From assembly GCA_949841595.1 (NCBI GenBank), contig CATKZB010000004.1, positions 10,587-74,586 of the forward strand: a stretch of 64,000 bases of DNA, written 5' to 3'. Position 1 is the first letter of the stretch. Each line of letters opens with the position of its first letter. Shown here one piece after another: positions 37,344-47,933 of the stretch. The translations under genes and the position numbers were made by a program. The notes beneath the pieces were generated by a model, which was not told where the DNA came from, made no database searches, and saw only the letters and a list, made by a program, of their open reading frames with translations. This stretch comes from an uncultured Christensenella sp. GTDB lineage: Bacteria > Bacillota > Clostridia > Christensenellales > UBA1242.

Positions 37344-38538
37344 TCAAGATGTGCCAAATGTTGTTTACAAGCAAGAGTTTTTTCTTCCACACTATGAAGA
37401 TGAAAAAATGCAAGACAAAAGAAATTATTATTCATCAAACAAATATAGCGACTACCTTAAATATATCGCAACAGGAATTGACGAACTGCAAAAACTTGAC
37501 TTTGTGGAATATTCAAACAATAACTCAAAATCTTCTGGAATCTTCAATCAAAATGGAAAGATGAGTAAAAAAGATATTGCCAATATAAGAAAAGATTTGA
37601 GAGAAACGCAGTCAGTTATTTGGAGTGGCGTTATCTCTTTTGAAGAAAAGTTTGGACTGAAATGGTGCAATAATTTTGAGCAAGCATACAATCTTGTAAA
37701 AAGTGAACTACCGAAATATTTTAAGCGAGCAGGACTTAAAGCGGACAACATTGAGTGGTTTGCAGGATTGCATGAGAACACCGACAACAGACATATTCAT
37801 ATCATCTTTTTTGAGAAAGAGCCACAACGAATTAAAGGCAAGAAAAAGATCTTTTCTCGTAGATATATTTCAGACAAAGCAATGGACTTTTTCAAAGCCA
37901 ATTTGGAACTCGCTGCGACCGATTTTAAGGCTCGTGAGATAAGAGTAAGAACAAACTTAACAAAGAGTTTTAACGAGCAAATAAACGATGTTTTTGGACT
38001 TAAAATGAAGTTTATGCTTTTGAATTTAGCAAACAAGTTTCCAGAGAACGGACACCTTTATTACAACTCTGAAAATATGCAAAACTTAAAATCGCAAGTT
38101 GACAATATCACAAATTATATTATCAAACATAATCCTAATATTACACTCTACAAAGACGATTTTGACGAGCTTGTAAAAGAAAAAGATGATAAAGTAAATA
38201 GCTATTGCAAACGGAATGGTTATGACAAACCAAGCGAAAGTGTTGGAGATAAAATGATGAATGACATATATCGAAGGCTTGGAAATATTGTGATTGAAAG
38301 TGCAAAGAATTTAAAAGTTGAAGAAACACAAAGGACAAAACTGAATGCAAAAAATTTAGTTGAAAAACGAATGCAAAAAAGCAAATTAAAAAGAGAACTT
38401 GACGAGTGTTTATATCTCAATTCAAAGGTTGAATTTGAAGCTATTAAAGCCTTTCAGGACTATATGAATAAACTTGAAGAAATGCACATAAAGACTTTGA
38501 TTGAACAAGGAATTTTGAGTAGTGACTTTGAGATGTAA
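37336..38538 (+). CDS. relaxase/mobilisation nuclease domain protein
   Basis: His-triad-like motif HENTDNRHIHIIF about 150 aa from the N-terminus, and a coiled-coil C-terminus. Confidence 0.6.
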   Translation: MTNQDVPNVVYKQEFFLPHYEDEKMQDKRNYYSSNKYSDYLKYIATGIDELQKLDFVEYSNNNSKSSGIFNQNGKMSKKDIANIRKDLRETQSVIWSGVISFEEKFGLKWCNNFEQAYNLVKSELPKYFKRAGLKADNIEWFAGLHENTDNRHIHIIFFEKEPQRIKGKKKIFSRRYISDKAMDFFKANLELAATDFKAREIRVRTNLTKSFNEQINDVFGLKMKFMLLNLANKFPENGHLYYNSENMQNLKSQVDNITNYIIKHNPNITLYKDDFDELVKEKDDKVNSYCKRNGYDKPSESVGDKMMNDIYRRLGNIVIESAKNLKVEETQRTKLNAKNLVEKRMQKSKLKRELDECLYLNSKVEFEAIKAFQDYMNKLEEMHIKTLIEQGILSSDFEM

Positions 38539-38738
38539 GCACTAAAAATATAGAAATATTTAGTATAGAGCATAAGCGAGAAACAAAAATAGATTTAAGT
38601 GGCAAAAAGTGCCATATGTAAGGCACTTTTAACTGATACACTTAAATTTTTTCTTTCTCGTCTTTTTTGGAAGCTGTTGGGATACCCAACACTTCTTTTT
38701 TAATGAGAATATTAAGACTAAAAATACGAGGAGACAAT

Positions 38739-39002
38739 ATGAATTTACAAAACGAACAACAACTAAATATTAACAATTTAATACAAACCGAAACCCAAAG
38801 AATTTCAACTAAATACAACAAAGATTTTTTGGATTGTGAGGACATTATGAAAATCACAGGACTTGGCAGAGATAATGTTCGACAACTCTTACGAAGCAAG
38901 AATTTTCCCACAACAAAAGTTGGCAAAAGACAAGTTGTGAGTGTGCTTAACTTTGTGAGATATATCACTTTGCAAAATCAGAGCGAGGTAGCAAATGGCT
39001 AA
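38739..39002 (+). CDS. excisionase-family / MerR-like HTH DNA-binding protein
   Basis: EDIMKITGLGRDNVRQLLRSKNFPTTKVGKRQVV. GAGGAG RBS. Overlaps the integrase start. Confidence 0.6.
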   Translation: MNLQNEQQLNINNLIQTETQRISTKYNKDFLDCEDIMKITGLGRDNVRQLLRSKNFPTTKVGKRQVVSVLNFVRYITLQNQSEVANG

Positions 39003-40329
39003 GAAGAAAGTTGTAAGCAAAACCCGCAGAGCAAATAACGAGGGTTCAATTTTTCAAAGAAAAGATGGTCGTTGGGTTGGCGCTGCTGCTGCCGGTTATG
39101 ACGATGATGGTAAACTAATTCGCAAATATGTTTATGGCAAAACAAGAATGGAAGTTGCAAATAAACTGAGCGAACTGACAAACAGAATTGAAAGCGATAA
39201 CTTTGATTATGTTGACAAAAATAATCTTGGAACTTTGATGAACGAATGGCTTTTGGTGTTTAAGAAAAATCAAGTTACGCCACGAACTTTTGAAGGAGTT
39301 TATAGCAAATTTAAACTGCATATCGAGCCCAAAGTTGGCAATATGAAAATTGATGAAGTAACGACTTTGACAATTCAAAAAGTGCTTAATCAAATGCTTG
39401 AAGATGGATATAGTTTAGATGTTGTGCGAAAGACAAAAGTTGTGTTTAATCAATTTTTCGATTATGCTGTTCAACATAAATTTGTTGCAAACAATCCAAC
39501 ACTTCTCACAAGAGTAAAAAGTAAAGAAAGAAAAATTTACGATGGCGAAAATAAATACAAAGCAATTCCACCTGAAGCGAGAGTAAAGTTTTTAGAGTGT
39601 TTAAATGAACACAAACTTTTAAAACCACTTTGTCTTTGTATGATGTTGGCAGGCTTGCGAACTGGCGAAGCTCTTGCTTTGATGTGGAAAGATATTGACT
39701 TTGAAAACAAAACAATCAATGTTGAACGAGCAACAACAATTGTGCCAAAGTTTGACGAGAACGGAAAAATTAAAGAAAGAATAACGGTTATAAGCGAAAC
39801 AAAAACTGCTTGCTCAAAACGAGTTGTGCCAATGCCAGACCTTTTAGTTAATGTGTTAAAAGACTATAAAATCGAACAAGAACTTAAAGGAGACGAAAAA
39901 GGCATAAATTTAATAGATAAATCTTCACTCATTTTTTGTAAAGATGATGGCAGTTTAAGAACATATTATGGAACAAAGAAAATATTGTATCGCTTTCTTG
40001 AAAAACATAAACTTGGTAATTTAGGTATTCACTTTCACACTTTAAGGCACACATATTCTAATATGCTTTTTGAAGCCGACCAAAACCCAAAAGTTATACA
40101 AGCTTTGCTTGGGCACAAATCTGTCAAAACAACAATCACAACATATAACTCTGTTGATAAATCCTATTTTCAAAAAGCAACCGATGTTTTGAATAACAAT
40201 TTTAAAGTTGAAACTGAGCCGACCAAGATTGAACAAATGGAAGATGACGAACTTGATAAAGAACTCGAAGAACTAATGCGAGAGAAAGAAGAACGCAGAA
40301 GAAAAAGGAACAAAGATTTTGAAATGTAA
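38995..40329 (+). CDS. int: tyrosine-type site-specific integrase
   Basis: N-terminal SAM-like domain. Catalytic residues in GLRTGEALAL (R), HTLRHTYSNML (HxxR), LLGHKSVKTTITTY (H...Y). Confidence 0.9.
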   Translation: MAKKKVVSKTRRANNEGSIFQRKDGRWVGAAAAGYDDDGKLIRKYVYGKTRMEVANKLSELTNRIESDNFDYVDKNNLGTLMNEWLLVFKKNQVTPRTFEGVYSKFKLHIEPKVGNMKIDEVTTLTIQKVLNQMLEDGYSLDVVRKTKVVFNQFFDYAVQHKFVANNPTLLTRVKSKERKIYDGENKYKAIPPEARVKFLECLNEHKLLKPLCLCMMLAGLRTGEALALMWKDIDFENKTINVERATTIVPKFDENGKIKERITVISETKTACSKRVVPMPDLLVNVLKDYKIEQELKGDEKGINLIDKSSLIFCKDDGSLRTYYGTKKILYRFLEKHKLGNLGIHFHTLRHTYSNMLFEADQNPKVIQALLGHKSVKTTITTYNSVDKSYFQKATDVLNNNFKVETEPTKIEQMEDDELDKELEELMREKEERRRKRNKDFEM

Positions 40330-40356
40330 AAAATTAATACAAAATTAAAGTAAATG

Positions 40357-40365
40357 TGATATAAT
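40357..40365 (+). promoter_or_regulatory. extended -10 (TGATATAAT) 6 nt from ATG (predicted leaderless)
   Basis: TGATATAAT, then TAAATT, then ATG at 40372. No Shine-Dalgarno sequence. Confidence 0.45.
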
Positions 40366-40371
40366 TAAATT

Positions 40372-40857
40372 ATGAAAAAGAAAATAAACGAATTGAATAA
40401 TTTATATCAACCTGCCTTAGATATGGTTGAAAGCGTTTGCAAAATTTTAAATTTTAAAAATTTTGATTACAAATTAGGTTTTTACAATAATCATGAAATT
40501 AAGTTTAAAAATCAATTTATAAAAGAAATATATCCTATACCTGTAATTAGCTGCAAAATAAACAAATTTAAAATTGACATTGGTTTTGATGTAGCAACTG
40601 ATATTGATTATATAGGATTTTCGGAGTTTACATTAGACAAAAAAGATATTTTGATTTTTGACTTTAATGCATTGAAAAATTTTGAATTTGAAATTTATGG
40701 TTTTGAAAATTATTTAGAAGATTACTATTTTGGAGATATTGTAAAAACGAAGCAACTTATTTCTCAATCTAAAGAAATAAAATTTCATATTGGAATTAAC
40801 ATTGCAAGCATAAATCAAATAGAAGATTTATTGAAGGTGCTGGAGGACATTCGATGA
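40372..40857 (+). CDS. hypothetical protein
   Basis: 161 aa. ATGA overlap with the downstream ASCH gene. Confidence 0.45.
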   Translation: MKKKINELNNLYQPALDMVESVCKILNFKNFDYKLGFYNNHEIKFKNQFIKEIYPIPVISCKINKFKIDIGFDVATDIDYIGFSEFTLDKKDILIFDFNALKNFEFEIYGFENYLEDYYFGDIVKTKQLISQSKEIKFHIGINIASINQIEDLLKVLEDIR

Positions 40858-41255
40858 GACATATAGCAATATTTAGGCAACCATTTTTTGATATGGTTTT
40901 GTCAGGAGAAAAAACTATCGAGAGTAGATGGTCAATGAAAAAAGTTGCACCTTATGACAAGGTAAAGGTTGGTGATGAACTTTTACTAAAACAAACAAGC
41001 CATGATGTGACCGCAACAGCAAAAGTCAAAGAGGTAAAGTATTTTGAACTTACACCACAAATTGCTGATGAAATAAAAGTAAAATGGAATAAAGAAATCG
41101 GGATTTATAAGTTTGAAAATTGGGAAGCATATAGGAATAAAAAATATTGCACATTGATTTGGCTTGAAGATGTAAAGCAAGTTGAACCAATGAACGTAAA
41201 ACGGAGTAATGGCGCAGGTTGGATTGTTATTACAGATAAGCCATGGAGGAAATAA
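40854..41255 (+). CDS. ASCH domain protein
   Basis: MRHIAIFRQPFFDMVLSGEKTIESRW matches the typical ASCH N-terminus; 133 aa. Confidence 0.6.
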   Translation: MRHIAIFRQPFFDMVLSGEKTIESRWSMKKVAPYDKVKVGDELLLKQTSHDVTATAKVKEVKYFELTPQIADEIKVKWNKEIGIYKFENWEAYRNKKYCTLIWLEDVKQVEPMNVKRSNGAGWIVITDKPWRK

Positions 41256-41257
41256 TT

Positions 41258-41608
41258 ATGTCAATAGAAGAATTGAAGCATATTTTAGATAACGTTTATG
41301 ATAAAAATACCGCTCATAGAAAATGGAGAGAAAAATGGAATAAAAATAATCCAACTTATGGGCAATGTGTTCCAACAGCATTGTTAGTGCAACATTATTT
41401 TGGTGGCGAAATATATAAACACAATGTAGAATCCCATTATTTTAATGTTATTGATGGAAAAGTTGTTGACCTTACCAAAGAGCAATTTAATTATGAATTA
41501 GACTATTCTAATAGCAAACAAAAACAACCAAACTTATCTCAATCACAAACCAAAGAGAGATTTGAGCTATTAAAAGAAAGAGTAGAAAATTTTAAAAGAA
41601 AAAAATAG
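41258..41608 (+). CDS. hypothetical protein (YunG-like pattern)
   Basis: GGAGG RBS before MSIEELK. NPTYGQCVPTAL...GGEIY...HYFN...DLTKEQF pattern. Weak assignment. Confidence 0.4.
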   Translation: MSIEELKHILDNVYDKNTAHRKWREKWNKNNPTYGQCVPTALLVQHYFGGEIYKHNVESHYFNVIDGKVVDLTKEQFNYELDYSNSKQKQPNLSQSQTKERFELLKERVENFKRKK

Positions 41609-41621
41609 TAGTATTAAGCTT

Positions 41622-41643
41622 TGACATCAATTGACATCAAATA
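41622..41643 (+). repeat. 22-bp repeat TTGACATCAaTTGACATCAAAT (right end of element)
   Basis: Direct copy of 32046..32067. The adjacent 14-mer AGTTTTAGGCAGTT (41649..41662) is the reverse complement of 32099..32112. Confidence 0.8.
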
Positions 41644-41673
41644 TATCAGTTTTAGGCAGTTTTATATAGAACA

Positions 41674-41715
41674 AGACCGATAAGATAAAATTCACTCTTA
41701 TCGGTCTTTTTTTTA
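41674..41715 (+). terminator. intrinsic terminator
   Basis: 12-bp stem AAGACCGATAAG/CTTATCGGTCTT plus a T-run. Confidence 0.7.
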
Positions 41716-41802
41716 TGTCTTTTTATAGTTAAAAATTATTTGCTGTAAAAAAATGGTATCGTTGCTGTCAAAATTTTGCCTTAAAAAGCGTTAAAAAACA
41801 AT

Positions 41803-41829
41803 GAAAAAAGCCCGAATTTACGGGCTTTT
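41803..41829 (-). terminator. intrinsic terminator after tRNA-Ile
   Basis: Minus strand AAAGCCCG-TAAATT-CGGGCTTT followed by TTTTCAT. Confidence 0.65.
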
Positions 41830-41831
41830 AC

Positions 41832-41908
41832 TGGTTGGCTTGAGTGGACTCGAACCACCGACCCCCACCTTATCAGGGTGGTGCTCTAACCGACTGAGCT
41901 ACAAGCCA
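41832..41908 (-). tRNA. tRNA-Ile (anticodon GAU), intact
   Basis: Hand-folded: acceptor TGGCTTG/CAAGCCA, D-arm GCTC-AGTCGGTTA-GAGC, anticodon stem CCACC/GGTGG with loop CTGATAA, T-arm GGTGG-TTCGAGT-CCACT, ACCA end. Confidence 0.9.
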
Positions 41909-41967
41909 TTATGAAATTTTTGTTCGGACATGGCAGGTTCTGACCCTGCGTCTCCAGCCCCGAAATT

Positions 41968-42009
41968 ACCTTATCAGGGTGGTGCTCTAACCGACTGAGC
42001 TACAATCCA
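41968..42009 (-). pseudogene. orphan 5' half of a tRNA-Ile(GAU) gene (position 1 to anticodon loop), acceptor variant TGGATTG
   Basis: 41968..42009 equals 41867..41908 except T/G at 42006. Downstream it continues into unrelated sequence (TAATTTCGGGGCTGG...), so no 3' half follows. Confidence 0.8.
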
Positions 42010-42065
42010 TTATTAAACATTCCAAACATCGACGGGGATGTGTCGACATTTTTGAATGCTGTTTT

Positions 42066-42094
42066 ATTATAACCATAATAAATAATTCTGTCAA
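42066..42094 (-). promoter_or_regulatory. perfect consensus sigma-A promoter upstream of the tRNA-Ile 5' fragment
   Basis: Minus strand TTGACA, 17 nt spacer, TATAAT, about 55 nt upstream of position 1 of the fragment. Confidence 0.65.
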
Positions 42095-42172
42095 GCATTT
42101 AAAAGAAAATTTTTTAATTTATAAACTAAAAAAGACCAATCGCTTTTGGTCTTTTTTTTGATAATAACAAAA

Positions 42173-42742
42173 TTACTTTTTATCTTCTTCTTTGTCTGTT
42201 GAATTTAAGTTCTCCAAATTCAAAGTTTCTGCTGAAGAATTTTCATCCAAATTTAAACTTTCAGCAGTGTTTGGCTTTGTTTGTTTTCCTGCTCTTCTGT
42301 TTATCAAATAAAGTGTAAGCATACCAACAGCTATACAAACTAAACTCAAAACAACATCAATAATAAGGTCATTTCTGATTTCAGCATTTGCAGCAATCAC
42401 TTCAAACATAAGTGAGAAAACTTCTCCAAACGAAGCACTAAAACCTTCTTTCGCAAGTTCGATCAAAACACTTAAATCAAGCGCTATAAGCATTGCAACA
42501 ACTATTTCAACAATAGAAATTACCCCTACAATGATATATCCTTTTACGTCCAATTTTTTATAAATTTTCTTGTAACCCCATGCACTTAGTAAAATTGTAA
42601 AATATGCAGCAGCCCAAGCAATATAACCAGTGTAATAAAGCAATCCCCACAAAACTGCTCCAACAAGCCCCAATCCAACAGCACAAAGAATTGCTAAAAA
42701 CAAGTTAGGTCTCTTTTCTTGTATAATTTTATTCTCTTCCAT
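42173..42742 (-). CDS. hypothetical multi-pass membrane protein
   Basis: AAGGAG RBS before MEENKII. Four hydrophobic helices. Confidence 0.5.
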   Translation of the reverse strand: MEENKIIQEKRPNLFLAILCAVGLGLVGAVLWGLLYYTGYIAWAAAYFTILLSAWGYKKIYKKLDVKGYIIVGVISIVEIVVAMLIALDLSVLIELAKEGFSASFGEVFSLMFEVIAANAEIRNDLIIDVVLSLVCIAVGMLTLYLINRRAGKQTKPNTAESLNLDENSSAETLNLENLNSTDKEEDKK

Positions 42743-42864
42743 TAAAAACTCCTTATAACATATATATAATAACAAAATTTATCATTTTATGTCAAGTTTT
42801 TGTGGTTTATGTTTGACAAAAATATGGTCAGATAGTAAAATGTTTTCAAACAAAGGAGAAAAAA

Positions 42865-43890
42865 ATGGATTGGCAAAAAATCTGGAATGATATTGTGACC
42901 TATTTTCAAACCAATGTTTGGAACATCGTGTTTTTCTTTGCTATTTTGGTCGTTGGTATCATAGTTATCAAAATTTTGTTGAATATAACAAAAAGAATTT
43001 TGAAAAAAACAAAAATGGAAAAAATTGCTCAACAATTTCTGTTTGGAGTAATAAAACTTGCACTATACTTAATTTTAATATTGTTGCTTCTCAGTCAAAT
43101 AGGAGTTCAAATAACTGGTATATTAACTGCCTTGAGTGCACTTGTGCTTGCTGTTGGTATGGCTCTTCAAAGCAATATTGCAAATGTTGCAAACGGAATT
43201 GTAATTATTTCCACTCACCTGTTTAAAAAAGGTGATTACATAATAGTTGATGGCGTGGAAGGCAACATAACAGACATAAATTTCTTGTTCACAACTCTTA
43301 TCACTCCTGACAACAAAAAAATCACTCTTCCAAACTCTGCAATTGTCAATGGACACGTCACAAACTTGGGAGCAAATCCAACAAGAAGAGTGGATTTCAC
43401 CTTTTCTGTTGCATATGAAAGTGATGTTGAAGCAGTCAAGAAAATCATTTTGGAAGTGATGGAAAGTGATGGAAGAGTTTACTTAGATCCAGCACCTTTC
43501 TGCAGACTTAAAACACTCAACGCAAGCAGTATTGATTTCTTTGCCAATTGCTGGTGTGACAACGAAGACTATTGGAATGTTTATTATTATATAGTTGAAA
43601 ATGTCTATAACGAATTTAAACGCAATAACATTTCAATTCCTTATAATCAACTTGAAATCAGAGAACGTAAAGACAAAGTCACAATGCCTGTTGTAAAAAC
43701 AAAACTCCCAAAAAGAGTGGAAAAAGTTCGTGAAAAGAAACAAGAACATTTTGATTTGGAAAATGCAGATTTCACAAAAGTCTTTAAACGTAAAAAGAAA
43801 AATAACGCAGAAGCAAAAACAAAGCCAGATAAAAAAGTTAAAAAAGAAAAGAAAGTTGAGACAAAAAACAAAAAAGATAGCAAAAATTAG
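42865..43890 (+). CDS. MscS-family mechanosensitive ion channel with Lys-rich tail
   Basis: TM3-beta domain signature NIANVANGIVIISTHLFKKGDYIIVDGVEGNITDINFLFT..ITLPNS. Confidence 0.8.
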   Translation: MDWQKIWNDIVTYFQTNVWNIVFFFAILVVGIIVIKILLNITKRILKKTKMEKIAQQFLFGVIKLALYLILILLLLSQIGVQITGILTALSALVLAVGMALQSNIANVANGIVIISTHLFKKGDYIIVDGVEGNITDINFLFTTLITPDNKKITLPNSAIVNGHVTNLGANPTRRVDFTFSVAYESDVEAVKKIILEVMESDGRVYLDPAPFCRLKTLNASSIDFFANCWCDNEDYWNVYYYIVENVYNEFKRNNISIPYNQLEIRERKDKVTMPVVKTKLPKRVEKVREKKQEHFDLENADFTKVFKRKKKNNAEAKTKPDKKVKKEKKVETKNKKDSKN

Positions 43891-44480
43891 CTATCTTTTT
43901 TTCTTTTCTTATTTTCTTGTCTCACCCGTCCTATCACAAAGTCACCTTTTTCAGTATCTTTTGTCACAGTTGTACCTGCACAAATATATGTGTCATCTGC
44001 AATATTAACTGGTGCAACAATATTTACATTGCAACCTACAAAAACATTGTTTCCTATCTTAGACTTTGATTTCTTCTTTCCATCATAATTTGCAAAAACC
44101 ACACCACAGCCTATATTGACATTTTCACCTATCTCTGCATCTCCCACATAAGACAAGTGTGGCACTTTTGTTCCCTTGCCAATATAAGCATTTTTTAACT
44201 CAACAAAAGCACCTATTTTTACATTATCAGCCAAAATACAATTTGGTCGAATGTGAGAAAAAGGTCCTATTTTACAATTCTTACCAATTGTTGTCTGAGA
44301 GATTATTGAATTGTCAACAACTGTTTCGTCTCCCAAAACAACATCGCAAAGTTTTGATCCAGCTTTAATAATACAGCCGTCGCCTATATAACAATCCCCC
44401 AAAAGCTGCACATTTTCTTCTATTTTAACCTTTTTGCCAAGCAAAACAGATTTTTCAATTATAACATTATTTTTTTTCAT
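43887..44480 (-). CDS. left-handed beta-helix acetyltransferase resembling the C-terminal domain of GlmU only
   Basis: Hexapeptide repeats and the GlmU-like block VPHLSYVGDAEIGENVNIGCGVVFANYDGKKK.KS.IG. No nucleotidyltransferase domain. Confidence 0.7.
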   Translation of the reverse strand: MKKNNVIIEKSVLLGKKVKIEENVQLLGDCYIGDGCIIKAGSKLCDVVLGDETVVDNSIISQTTIGKNCKIGPFSHIRPNCILADNVKIGAFVELKNAYIGKGTKVPHLSYVGDAEIGENVNIGCGVVFANYDGKKKSKSKIGNNVFVGCNVNIVAPVNIADDTYICAGTTVTKDTEKGDFVIGRVRQENKKRKKDS

Positions 44481-44516
44481 AGAAATGTATATGAAAAAAT
44501 TTGAGTCAATGTCACA

Positions 44517-44828
44517 CTACATACAAAATCTTGAATATGAAGCTGAATTTTCTATCTGATTTTTTAAACTATTATATTTGTCTAATGTCGAAAGCAAATA
44601 TCTTTCTTTTGCATCTTCATTCATATTTTTCAAAACTTTGTCATCAATGAGATAATGAACTGGATTGCTTATGACATCTTCTTGTGAAAGCAAAAATTCC
44701 ACTTTGTTTTTAAATTCAATATCATCATTTGAAATAACCTTGATTTTTGCATTGCAAACATTTTCTTTTCCAACCAATCTTCTTTTCGCTCTTTGCGCAA
44801 AAGTCTTTAAAACATCTCCATTATTCAT
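44517..44828 (-). CDS. hypothetical protein
   Basis: 103 aa ORF with no motifs recognised. Confidence 0.4.
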   Translation of the reverse strand: MNNGDVLKTFAQRAKRRLVGKENVCNAKIKVISNDDIEFKNKVEFLLSQEDVISNPVHYLIDDKVLKNMNEDAKERYLLSTLDKYNSLKNQIENSASYSRFCM

Positions 44829-44989
44829 AGTTTTCTCCTTTTAACAATAGTCAAATTATACGATAAATACCGACAAAATCCAAAGATAAATTTTTCAGAA
44901 AATTGCCTAATTTGTCGAAACAAATCTAAATGCCACGAAAGTTTGTTCCATCACTTAAGAAAACAAAAAAAGAAAGCCTTTTATCTTTC

Positions 44990-45628
44990 TTATTTTGCAA
45001 TCAAGGGTTCTTTAAACACCTTTGAATTTTTTAAAGTTTTATTCTCTGTTTTTACGCCATACAATTTGGGATCAACAACAATTTGTTCTTTCCCTTCTGC
45101 ATCAAATATGCTCAGATTCCACTCTGTTGACTCTTTATTCATTTTTTTCACTATTGAAAAGTCATCAATTGCAATTCTGCCAGATTTTGTCAATCCACAT
45201 TGCAAATGCTTTATTTCTTTTCTTCCTCTCCAATAACAAAAACTTGTAAATCTGTCTGTGGTCATTTCATATGCAGCTTTAAATTCACCAGATGTTTTAT
45301 CTAAAACACTTTCAATATTATATTTACCGTTCCATGGATAAGTAAATATAATACCATTATCATCATAAAATTGAACTTTTGACATTTCACATCCATTAGG
45401 AGCTATATAAACATATAACTTATTTGTGTCTTTTCCATTATTCAAACAAAAGACTTCGTCCATTTCAATTTTGTTTTTAAGTTCAGTCAAATTTAAAAGG
45501 GAACCTTCTCTTTCTTTCAATAAAGTATTCATTTCATTCTTGCTGTATTTATTTGTATCTATCTTAATATTTAAGCAGTTTAAAACCAAGCAGCTCAAGC
45601 CATTTATATCAACACATTTTGTTTTCAT
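44990..45628 (-). CDS. hypothetical protein
   Basis: AGGAGAT RBS before MKTKCVDI. Confidence 0.45.
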   Translation of the reverse strand: MKTKCVDINGLSCLVLNCLNIKIDTNKYSKNEMNTLLKEREGSLLNLTELKNKIEMDEVFCLNNGKDTNKLYVYIAPNGCEMSKVQFYDDNGIIFTYPWNGKYNIESVLDKTSGEFKAAYEMTTDRFTSFCYWRGRKEIKHLQCGLTKSGRIAIDDFSIVKKMNKESTEWNLSIFDAEGKEQIVVDPKLYGVKTENKTLKNSKVFKEPLIAK

Positions 45629-45756
45629 TATATCTCCTATATATTTATATGCGTCAGCGTTTACCATTCTAACACTTCTCTCATATGAAAGTCAATAAGA
45701 AAATATGTTATTATTTTATTTATTTTGTCATATACCACTTAAATAAAATTTAAACC

Positions 45757-45794
45757 AAAAAAAGAGAGCGAAGGGAAATTCTCTCTTCGCTCTC
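45757..45794 (-). terminator. strong intrinsic terminator ~90 nt after the 16S 3' end
   Basis: Minus strand GAGAGCGAAG, 11 nt loop, CTTCGCTCTC, followed by TTTTTTT. Confidence 0.65.
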
Positions 45795-45881
45795 TTCTCA
45801 TATAATTAAATAGTTCTTTGAATCTTCGTTATCTTGTTCTATTTTCTTGGGTATCTCTACCCTCATCGACATCTCTCTTTA

Positions 45882-47415
<1,534 letters not shown>

Positions 47416-47832
47416 ACCCTTGGGGAAGCACCAACTCCGTTTCGCGAACACGGCTCAACGCCTAATCGCTACTCCGTTGGTTCTCCTCCCATTCTCTCTC
47501 CATTATGGTGAGATATTTTAAACTTCTTTCCATAACGCGCTACTGCACATTACTTTTTTAGTTTAGGTTAATATTAGTTGTATCTTACACTTAGATACTT
47601 TTTTCTTTCCTGAACTCGATAACTTACATTGACTTTAACTTTGCATAAAGTTCCTTTTGTTTTAACATCTGCCCTACGAAAATGCCACTTCGTGTCGCTT
47701 TCGTCCTGCATCCGTTAAAATAAAGTTTGTTTTGTTTGATTCGTTTAACTATTTAATTGTTATGGTTCTTGTTGACCAATATCTTGGTTTAACTCACCTT
47801 TGTGGCGTCTCCCCAGGCGTGTCAACATTCGT

Positions 47833-47862
47833 ATTCTACTACATTCATTCACCCTTTGTCAA
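47833..47862 (-). promoter_or_regulatory. candidate rRNA promoter
   Basis: Minus strand TTGACA, 18 nt spacer, TAGAAT, about 410 nt upstream of the mature 16S 5' end. Other promoters are not excluded. Confidence 0.35.
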
Positions 47863-47933
47863 CTCTTTTCTTTAAATTTTTTATCTTTTTTGTCTTTTTT
47901 TATAACTTTTTTTATTAATTATAACAAAAAAGA

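Larger units (their letters stand above)
31938..41967. mobile_element. integrative mobilizable element (~10.0 kb) inserted in tRNA-Ile
   Basis: Flanked by the 11-bp direct repeat ACCTTATCAGG (31927..31937 and 41968..41978), which lies at the break points of the two tRNA halves. Encodes integrase, excisionase, relaxase and a MobC-like protein, but no T4SS. Confidence 0.7.

Noticed and set aside
41909-41967. Possible intron or second functional tRNA after the tRNA-Ile 5' fragment; the segment contains a T-arm-like hairpin GCAGG-GTCAGAA-CCTGC
   Set aside because: The segment is only ~60 nt, too short for a group I intron. The anticodon stem 3' strand is broken (GGTAA instead of GGTGG) and no CAATCCA acceptor strand follows. 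It is better explained as the element end adjoining a truncated tRNA.
42127-42160. Terminator hairpin with the same AAGACCAA/TTGGTCTT stem as the one at 8188..8216; possible REP-like dispersed repeat
   Set aside because: There are only two copies with 8-10 bp of identity confined to the stem. This fits independent intrinsic terminators.
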